DNA of 14,088 bases from Silvanigrellaceae bacterium (GTDB taxonomy: Bacteria; Bdellovibrionota_B; Oligoflexia; Silvanigrellales; Silvanigrellaceae): contig JBMSQQ010000087.1 in assembly GCA_049423385.1 (NCBI GenBank), positions 1 to 14,088 on the forward strand, written 5' to 3'. Below the pieces are notes generated by a model that searched no databases, had not been told where the DNA came from, and was given only the letters and a program-made list of their open reading frames with translations. Of the stretch, positions 8,432 to 14,088 are shown piece by piece. The position numbers and the translations under genes were made by a program. Every line of letters starts with the position of its first letter. The first letter of the stretch is position 1.

Positions 8432-9487
8432 TTACTTCAGAGAGACCTGGCATGGATCGCTGGGTGGCAGCAGAACTGCATCAATCTCATGAATAACACC
8501 GTTGCTGGCAATAATGTCAGTTTTGACGATCGATGCGCCGTTGATCTTCACCATAGCAGCGTCGATGTTCACTGACTTGCCCTGAGCAGTTGCAATGCTG
8601 CTCTTTTGAAGAACATCTACAGCCTTCAAACTTCCAGCGGCGACATGGTACAGCAAGATTGCCTTCAATTTTTCCTTGTTTTCAGGCTTGAGGAGTGATG
8701 CGAGTGTGCCAGCTGGCAAAGCCTCAAAGGCCTTGTTTGAGGGTGCAAACACGGTGAACTGGCTCGTGTGGGAAAGGGTCTCTGTAAGTCCCGCTGCATG
8801 AACCGCCGAAACCAAAATCGAGAAGCGCGGTTCAGCAGCAAGGGTCGCAGCCAGCGACTTGTTCATGACAACCGTTTCTTTGCTCGACATGTCCTTGCTC
8901 ATTGCTCCATTGGCAACAGGAGCACTTGCCATTGCGTCGTTCGATGATTCAGTGGGTGGCAAAAGCACGGCATCGATTTCATGGACGACACCATTGCTGG
9001 CAATGTTGTCGGTCTTGACAATATTGGAATTGTTGATTTTCAGTGACTTCGAGTCAATAGAAACTGATTTTCCCTGAGCAGTTGCAATGCTTGATTTGCT
9101 CAGCACGTCTTTTGCCCTGAGCTCGCCTGCAGCAACGTGGTAGAGCAGGATTGCTTTCAGTTGCTCCTTGTTTTCGGGCTTGAGAAGGGTATCCAATGTG
9201 CCTGCAGGCAAAGCTTCAAAGGCTTTGTTTGAGGGTGCGAAAACCGTGAATTTGGAGTCGCCTGAAAGGACTTCAACAAGTCCGGCAGCCTTCACGGCAG
9301 CAACGAGAGTCGAAAATCGACTGTCGTCCTGCAGCAGCTGCACCAGGCTCTTGCTGATTTTGCTCTCGGTTGAGTCTGCCGTTTTAGGTGCGAGAGCCGT
9401 GACTTCAATTTGCGCGCCGCAGCCGGTTGTTACGGTTTGAAGAAGAACAAGGGTCAGGGGCAAAATGGCCATCAAGCGAATCTTCAT
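8432..9487 (-). CDS. fasciclin (FAS1) domain lipoprotein with two tandem FAS1 domains
   Basis: Two copies of FTVFAPSNKAF...LKAILLYHV...ASNGV(V/I)HEIDAVLLPP. Lipobox-like TTGC. ATG 9487 with AGGAGG RBS at 9498-9503. Confidence 0.95.
   Translation of the reverse strand: MKIRLMAILPLTLVLLQTVTTGCGAQIEVTALAPKTADSTESKISKSLVQLLQDDSRFSTLVAAVKAAGLVEVLSGDSKFTVFAPSNKAFEALPAGTLDTLLKPENKEQLKAILLYHVAAGELRAKDVLSKSSIATAQGKSVSIDSKSLKINNSNIVKTDNIASNGVVHEIDAVLLPPTESSNDAMASAPVANGAMSKDMSSKETVVMNKSLAATLAAEPRFSILVSAVHAAGLTETLSHTSQFTVFAPSNKAFEALPAGTLASLLKPENKEKLKAILLYHVAAGSLKAVDVLQKSSIATAQGKSVNIDAAMVKINGASIVKTDIIASNGVIHEIDAVLLPPSDPCQVSLK
8462..9352 (-). repeat. intragenic duplication of the FAS1 domain (8462-8860 and 8954-9352; 492-bp offset)
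   Basis: Near-identical protein repeats with DNA identity blocks, e.g. CCCTGAGCAGTTGCAATGCT at 8580-8599 and 9072-9091. Confidence 0.9.
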
Positions 9488-9529
9488 CTCGGGTTTTCCT
9501 CCTGTTGGTGTCTGACGAACCCACAAGTC

Positions 9530-9556
9530 TCTTCGTCATTTTCGTAAAAAACTTTA
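9530..9556 (-). promoter_or_regulatory. putative sigma-28 promoter of the fasciclin gene
   Basis: Minus strand reads TAAA-N15-GACGAAGA versus the consensus TAAA-N15-GCCGATAA. Confidence 0.45.
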
Positions 9557-9702
9557 GAAATTTCTTCTGTTCTATCAGTTCGATAGAATTTTATTGTTTG
9601 GAAATAATGTAATTATCGAAATAACAAGGCAAAAATTACATTCGAAAACTCACTTTTTTTACGATAATCTGTAAACTACAGTGAATACTGTATTTTTATT
9701 TC

Positions 9703-9729
9703 TAAAGAATTACATGAAATAATCGATAA
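9703..9729 (+). promoter_or_regulatory. putative sigma-28 promoter of the TIGR02147 operon
   Basis: TAAA(9703-9706)-N15-ATCGATAA(9722-9729), ending 20 nt before ATG 9749. Confidence 0.5.
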
Positions 9730-9748
9730 GTCTGATGCGAGGTTGGAA

Positions 9749-10606
9749 ATGGAAGTCGATATTCCAAAAGTCCGAAAAAGGGTCAGAATCTTCGATTATT
9801 CAGAAGTCGGAAGATATTTCAAAGCAGTCTACGACGAGATCCGACGGGTCCAAAAGTCATTCTCGATCGATGCGTTCTCTGAATTTTTTGGGTTTGGCAG
9901 CAACAACACAATGGCTCAAATTCATTCGGGGCACCGCAAGTTGTCAGTCAAAGCTGCCGAGCGAATTTCTGATCTTTTGAAAATGTCCCGAATCGAAAAG
10001 ACCTATTTTCTCTCGTTGGTCAAAGTGAAGCACGCAGATTCTGCTCAAGAGCGGGATCGACTTCTTGCTCTCACTCTCGAGCTGCGTGCGCGCAACAGTG
10101 AAGCCACAAACAACGACAAAGCGCTGGAGTTTTTCAATTCCTGGGTTCATGCCGTGGTGTTTGAGGTCTTGTCGATGTCTGAGCCGATGTCGGTTGATGA
10201 CGTTTGCGACAAAATAATGCCCGATCTAAAGGCACAGACTGCTGAAAAGAGTTTGTCTTTTCTTGAAAGCATTGGCTTGCTTGAGAGCAAGACGTCTGAA
10301 GACACAGGAACCAGGAAATACATCAAAATCAAAAAGGACTTCAGTCTGGGGGGTGCTGTTCCAGGCCTTGCGATTGTTCGTTATCATCAGGAAATGCTCA
10401 ATCTTGCCAAAGACTCTCTGATCACAAGCCCTCCAACGGAAAGAGATGTCTCCTCCGTCACGATTGCTGTCAGTCCCGAGCAAATTGATTTGATCAAGGA
10501 CGAAATCAATCGGTTCCGCAAATATCTGCTTCTCCTGTCATCGCAAGCCGAGAGCAATTCCAGAGTCATGCAGGTCAATGTTCAACTCTTTCCGTTAAGC
10601 AAGTGA
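9749..10606 (+). CDS. TIGR02147 family protein (N-terminal HTH, C-terminal DUF4423)
   Basis: IFDY...YFKAVY...FS...GFGS...IHSGHRKLS (HTH-like), YFLSLV, FFNSWVHAVVFE, YHQEMLNLA, ERDVSSVT, and the C-terminal QVNVQLFPLS signature. Confidence 0.92.
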   Translation: MEVDIPKVRKRVRIFDYSEVGRYFKAVYDEIRRVQKSFSIDAFSEFFGFGSNNTMAQIHSGHRKLSVKAAERISDLLKMSRIEKTYFLSLVKVKHADSAQERDRLLALTLELRARNSEATNNDKALEFFNSWVHAVVFEVLSMSEPMSVDDVCDKIMPDLKAQTAEKSLSFLESIGLLESKTSEDTGTRKYIKIKKDFSLGGAVPGLAIVRYHQEMLNLAKDSLITSPPTERDVSSVTIAVSPEQIDLIKDEINRFRKYLLLLSSQAESNSRVMQVNVQLFPLSK

Positions 10607-11493
10607 GTGCCAAAATGAAGAAAGAAAACGCACTGCGACGAGCCATTCGCAAACTGTCTGTTCCCGTCGTTGTTCTCATGTCGGGAGGCTGCGGTGTCGA
10701 GGCTGGAAATCCAGACTCAAAGGGTGGAAAAAGGGTTCGACTTTATGTTTCACCGACCTCCTATCAAGACGTCGGCGCTGTATCTGCATCAATTGATGGG
10801 TTGAGCCTTCTCCAGGGTGATTCGGTGGTTTCAAAGACCTACCAATCACAAAAGCTGGACTTGCTAACCACGAATACACAAGCCGGTGAAGACTCTTCCC
10901 TGGCTTTGACTGTTGAAATGAGCGACGCCAAGAATGAATTGCAAAAACTTGAGTTGACGCTTTCAAAAGACAATCCCTATCTGCAAGTCACCCTTGCAGC
11001 CGCAGCACAGCCTGTCAAAGCGGCAGTTGTAACTGAAAATGGAGAAGTTGTGCGTTCGCTTGTGTTCAATGGGATCATGAATTCCGATGCGGCACTCGAT
11101 GTTGTCATTGATTTGGAACTCCGTAAGTCACTCAAGGTTGCAACACCCGAAGAAAAAGTCAGGTTGAATCTCCCAGAAGATGTTCGTTTTATCATTCAGC
11201 AGAAACACTCCTTCATGAACTTTACTGAATCTGGATCTATTGCATTTTCAGATTTTGCGCCGGGCTCCCTGGTATGCGTCTTTGCTGGCGAAACGCTGCC
11301 AACTGCTTCTGCCGACGCCTGCACTGAAAAGGGATTCAAATCTCAAATCATATCCTCGCGTGGCACAGCAACGATTGGGGCTTTGGCAGCAGGAGAGTAC
11401 CGGACCGTGAACATCACGCTGGACAATAAGGTGGTGGAGTTGAGGAGAGCAACGGTATTTCCAGGAAATAAAGTTATCCTGAGCAGCAAGTGA
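10603..11493 (+). CDS. hypothetical lipoprotein, DUF4382-like
   Basis: GTG start overlaps the TIGR02147 stop (GTGA); alternative ATG at 10615. Lipobox-like SGGC followed by GVEAGNP. The beta-rich body with KLDLL and VVIDLELRKSL is reminiscent of DUF4382 (domain call about 0.45). Confidence 0.8.
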   Translation: MSAKMKKENALRRAIRKLSVPVVVLMSGGCGVEAGNPDSKGGKRVRLYVSPTSYQDVGAVSASIDGLSLLQGDSVVSKTYQSQKLDLLTTNTQAGEDSSLALTVEMSDAKNELQKLELTLSKDNPYLQVTLAAAAQPVKAAVVTENGEVVRSLVFNGIMNSDAALDVVIDLELRKSLKVATPEEKVRLNLPEDVRFIIQQKHSFMNFTESGSIAFSDFAPGSLVCVFAGETLPTASADACTEKGFKSQIISSRGTATIGALAAGEYRTVNITLDNKVVELRRATVFPGNKVILSSK

Positions 11494-11497
11494 AATT

Positions 11498-11870
11498 GAA
11501 TCAAAATTTCGAACCCGTGGAGTTGAAACTCGGCCAGCCCGGTACATTTCCCGGTGCATGGTGTTCTTTTGGCAGGGGCAACCTGTGGCGGTCTTGGAGA
11601 AAGGCACCTGGTTGTGAGCGTGACTTGGATTGTTTGTGGATTGCGCACGCCACCACTAAGGCTTGTGCGGTTTTCACAGCGGCGGCAACGAATAAAGTCG
11701 ATGCCAAATGTTCTCTTCAAAAAGTCCGCTGAATGGCGATGAGTTTTTCGATGAATTCGGCAGAGTTCATGGGTCTTCATCGCAGTTGCAGAGTAATGGG
11801 AGTATCCGCCGGCTTTGACGCATGCATCAGACGTTGCTTCAACGTTTTCTTGCGAGGGCCATGTGGATTA
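11498..11870 (-). mobile_element. degenerate IS91/ISCR-family (Y2 rolling-circle transposase) remnant
   Basis: Three colinear minus-strand blocks match IS91-family transposases: ACVKAGGYSHYSATAMKTHE (from 11825; cf. GGFSLHA-x-x-x-x-x-x-H-D/E), EFIEKLIAI (11758-11732, different frame; cf. EFLEKLAAL), and FLKRTFGIDFIRCRRC...NPQTI...LSPRPPQVAPAKR (within 11729-11565; cf. LLKRVFxIDxxxCPxC...DPxVI...PPxAPAR). Possible oriIS-like end GGGTTCGAAATTTTGATTC at 11516-11498. Confidence 0.75.
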
Positions 11871-11961
11871 CTGTTTTCTACCCTTGGGTGGTGGCTGAAC
11901 TCAAATATTCGCCCAGTGCTCAATTTTCCGTATAAATCGACCCCTGCAGTTTTGTCTGATT

Positions 11962-12852
11962 TCACGCTGCATCGCGCACTATGATTAAGCTTTTGTCGAA
12001 CCAAATGCGTCTTTCAATTTCGAAATTGTTCTTGTCAGTCCAAACCTTGCCACCATCGAATGAGTAAGGTTGGTCAGCTAAACGAACGTTGTCGGAAGCA
12101 CCGGAGACTTGCAGGAGACGCAGGTGTGAATCTGTAGGGTGGTCCGCAATTTTAATTCCAAAAACCTGGGGCGGAGTGACATCGACATTGGAATCAGGTT
12201 GCGCCGGGGATGTCGGGCCCGACACAGTTTCAGGCACGGTCGAAGCTGAATCGGCACTTGCAACATTGCTCTGTGCTTCAATCATTATTTGAGCAATATC
12301 CACCTTCGAAAGGACCAAACGCGTTGCATTTGCACCGTTTCCGTGTGCATTACCGTCCGGGCTAAAGCGCGCAACAAATTTTACGGGTTCATTTGGCTGG
12401 CTCAAGAGCATTGAGGAAACGAGCTCTCTGTCGCTGTTGTTTAAATTCATCGAAGCCGAGAACTTCTCGGGGGAAGCGGTGCCCAGGCATTCAACGACGA
12501 CTGTCCTTAGCCTGTCGACATGAGTGATTGGTACCAGTTGGTATGGTTTATCTGTGAGCGATGAAAAGAACGTTTCATTGACTTCGCTCACAGCCACCGA
12601 GCAGTCGCCCCGATTGACTGTGGCCGGTGTTTCAAATGATGCAGCAAGGTAGCTTCCCAATATAGGTTGTGGCGGCAACACGGGCATTCCGGGTTCGCCC
12701 GGGCCCGCCGTCGTTGGCTTGCTGCTGCCGGCTGTGCTGTTTGAACTGTTGACCTGAAACTCAGAAAGATTTTGAACATAAGCGGATTCGGGCTTCTTTG
12801 AGCTGCAACCAAGCAAAAGCAGATGCCAGAGAAGCACAACCCTGAACAACAT
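11962..12852 (-). CDS. hypothetical lipoprotein with C-terminal Ig-like repeat, probably truncated by a premature stop
   Basis: Lipobox LLGC, S/P-rich linkers, and a C-terminal DVTPP...ASD...YSFDGG-x-x-W...VRDAA* motif. The frame continues NQTKLQGSIYTEN* to 11920. Confidence 0.8.
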   Translation of the reverse strand: MLFRVVLLWHLLLLGCSSKKPESAYVQNLSEFQVNSSNSTAGSSKPTTAGPGEPGMPVLPPQPILGSYLAASFETPATVNRGDCSVAVSEVNETFFSSLTDKPYQLVPITHVDRLRTVVVECLGTASPEKFSASMNLNNSDRELVSSMLLSQPNEPVKFVARFSPDGNAHGNGANATRLVLSKVDIAQIMIEAQSNVASADSASTVPETVSGPTSPAQPDSNVDVTPPQVFGIKIADHPTDSHLRLLQVSGASDNVRLADQPYSFDGGKVWTDKNNFEIERRIWFDKSLIIVRDAA

Positions 12853-13272
12853 CGATCACCCCCGAATTAATGTCCGTTTCGGAACCAACTTTAATCTTCG
12901 TGAGGTGAATTAAAAAAGTTATTATTATTGGAATCTTGGAAGGTGGCAGGCTATTTTGATGCAGCAAGGGTTTCCCTGCGAAAGAGATTGCTCCCAGTTG
13001 CCCACAACAATCAAAAGCAATGCGACATCAGAACCTTCGCTGCAGAAATAAGCTTGGATTATATCGATGTTGCTTATGAAGAAGAATCCGCGGGCCGTCT
13101 GAAATTCTACGTAGCCAAAACTCCGGGTTTTGGAAATTTCAACGGGCTTCGTTCATTTTGCTTGGTTCGCATTGAGGTGTCGCATGAGTGCTTGCGGCTA
13201 CTGACGGATTGACTTCGTAGCCTTCCATGGAATCAAACACCTTAATCTCGACATTCAGTCGGTCACAGTCTT

Positions 13273-13722
13273 TCACAATTTCCGGGCGTAGAAAGGTAAC
13301 TTGAAAAGAACGCCGAATTGCATACCGTTCTGATCCCATCCGGCATACAACGACGCGAATCCTGTCGTCAGTATGAACCGAGGGCGAAACCCTGCGCGCT
13401 GTGTGAGTGCAACGTCAAGGCCAAAAATGAAGTAACCCAATTCAATCCCACCGCCAAAGCCATTGGCTTCCGACCAATCGAGAAAACCGCCCTGCCAGTC
13501 CGAACCACCAAGCCCACCAAGCCTTGCAACGGAAGTCTCTATTCCCCAGTTGATGACTTTTTCGCTGCCCTTGCTGCTTGCAGCTGCGCCGATGTTGGGA
13601 CCAATATTCGCATACCATCCCTCAAAGTTGCCCGTGGCAAGCGCGGTTGAACTCGGCAGAGAGAATTGAGGAAGGACAAAATAAAGCAAGAGCAGATAAA
13701 GATGTTGATATTTTTTTGGCAT
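13273..13722 (-). CDS. hypothetical secreted protein, small outer-membrane beta-barrel-like
   Basis: ATG 13722 with GGGAG RBS (13728-13732). Signal peptide ends ALA. Gly/aromatic-rich alternating strands (WGIETSV, GGGIELGY, FGLDV, FGVLFKLPF). Confidence 0.75.
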   Translation of the reverse strand: MPKKYQHLYLLLLYFVLPQFSLPSSTALATGNFEGWYANIGPNIGAAASSKGSEKVINWGIETSVARLGGLGGSDWQGGFLDWSEANGFGGGIELGYFIFGLDVALTQRAGFRPRFILTTGFASLYAGWDQNGMQFGVLFKLPFYARKL

Positions 13723-13775
13723 TCGGGCTCCCAATGTTTTCTGCGGGGAAATTTGAGCTCACTGACCCAAGGCAT

Positions 13776-13802
13776 AAAAAAACCAGCTCAATGAGCGGGT
13801 TT
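13776..13802 (-). terminator. rho-independent terminator downstream of the tRNA 3' fragment
   Basis: Minus strand AAACCCGCTC-ATT-GAGCTGGTTTTTTT: a stem with one mismatch plus a U-tract, 10 nt after the tRNA CCA. Confidence 0.7.
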
Positions 13803-13812
13803 CTCGTAAGAC

Positions 13813-13833
13813 TGGCGGAGAGAGAGGGATTCG
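13813..13833 (-). other. tRNA-Ser 3'-end fragment; probable att site of an integrative element
   Basis: Minus strand CGAATCCCTCTCTCTCCGCCA = T-loop end, T-stem, acceptor 3' strand, G discriminator and CCA, typical of tRNA-Ser. Similarity stops at 13834 (CAAGCC instead of AACCC), so there is no full tRNA here. Confidence 0.82.
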
Positions 13834-13901
13834 CAAGCCGTCGCTCCATAGTTTCAATTAAATTTAACTTTTCCAACTCTCACAACAACATCTGTTTTTC
13901 A

Positions 13902-13990
13902 CGACACCGACAGAAACTCATCGACATCCATCGACACGTGGCCCCGTTGAACGCAATTGAACGCAAATCGGTCTGGTTTGCGTTCAATTG
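13902..13990. repeat. clustered short direct and inverted repeats (possible integrase arm sites)
   Basis: CGACA x4 (13902, 13908, 13922, 13932), including CATCGACA x2 at a 10-bp period. TTGAACGCAA x2 in tandem (13947-13966). Perfect 14-bp inverted repeat CAATTGAACGCAAA (13954-13967) / TTTGCGTTCAATTG (13977-13990). Confidence 0.75.
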
Positions 13991-14088
13991 ACTGCGCATC
14001 CGTGCGGTCTCTGAAAGCAATCAATTACGTGCAAGGATAAAGCAGAAGACCTATTTTGATAAGGCTTTTCAAACTTATCCCATATTCC

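Noticed and set aside
8378..8433. Integron attC site
   Set aside because: No properly placed RYYYAAC/GTTRRRY ends, no similar sites after other genes, mixed gene orientations, and no integron integrase.
271..11195. Numerous short overlapping or antisense ORFs from the six-frame track
   Set aside because: They are shadows of well-supported genes, with no recognisable motifs or RBS.
10598..11493. Both operon genes end in AGCAAGTGA (SK-stop)
   Set aside because: A 9-bp match with no other support; most likely coincidence.
11962..11964. UGA=Gly recoding (genetic code 25) suggested by DAA*N
   Set aside because: Most recognisable genes here (SOUL, glpX, both hydrolases, peptidase E, TIGR02147) end at TGA at their expected C-termini and have no internal TGA.
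13813..13900. Complete tRNA-Ser gene
   Set aside because: Similarity ends at 13833. There is no T-stem 5' strand, variable arm, anticodon arm or D arm.
13902..13990. CRISPR array
   Set aside because: Repeats are only 5-14 bp, with no 25-45-bp spacers and no cas genes in the window.
13578..13991. 137-aa plus-strand ORF and 84-aa minus-strand ORF across the att site
   Set aside because: They overlap a real gene, the terminator and the tRNA fragment. The LAEREGF and ANPSLSA peptides are translation artefacts of the tRNA end.

Overview
Bacterial chromosomal window (standard code 11) dominated by exported proteins. The TIGR02147 gene, many lipoproteins and sigma-28-like promoters suggest a Bdellovibrionota/Oligoflexia-like host (inference). 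Left to right: a 5'-truncated unknown protein with a patatin-like C-terminal motif pair, a SOUL heme-binding protein, ggt, a class II FBPase (glpX) resembling the cyanobacterial FBP/SBPase, a serine hydrolase, an LpqC/PHB-depolymerase-like lipoprotein esterase, peptidase E, a two-domain fasciclin lipoprotein, and a divergently transcribed TIGR02147 HTH gene coupled to a DUF4382-like lipoprotein. Then come a multiply deleted IS91/ISCR transposase remnant with a possible oriIS, a lipoprotein with a probable premature TGA in a DAAGN motif, and a small beta-barrel-like protein. The window ends with a 21-bp tRNA-Ser 3' fragment plus terminator and arm-like repeats, probably the att boundary of an integrative element that extends rightward. 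The best candidates for something undescribed are the TIGR02147/lipoprotein/fasciclin divergent module with its palindrome-rich control region, the cyanobacterial-type glpX, and the att/arm region. No searches were run; family calls come from motif recognition.
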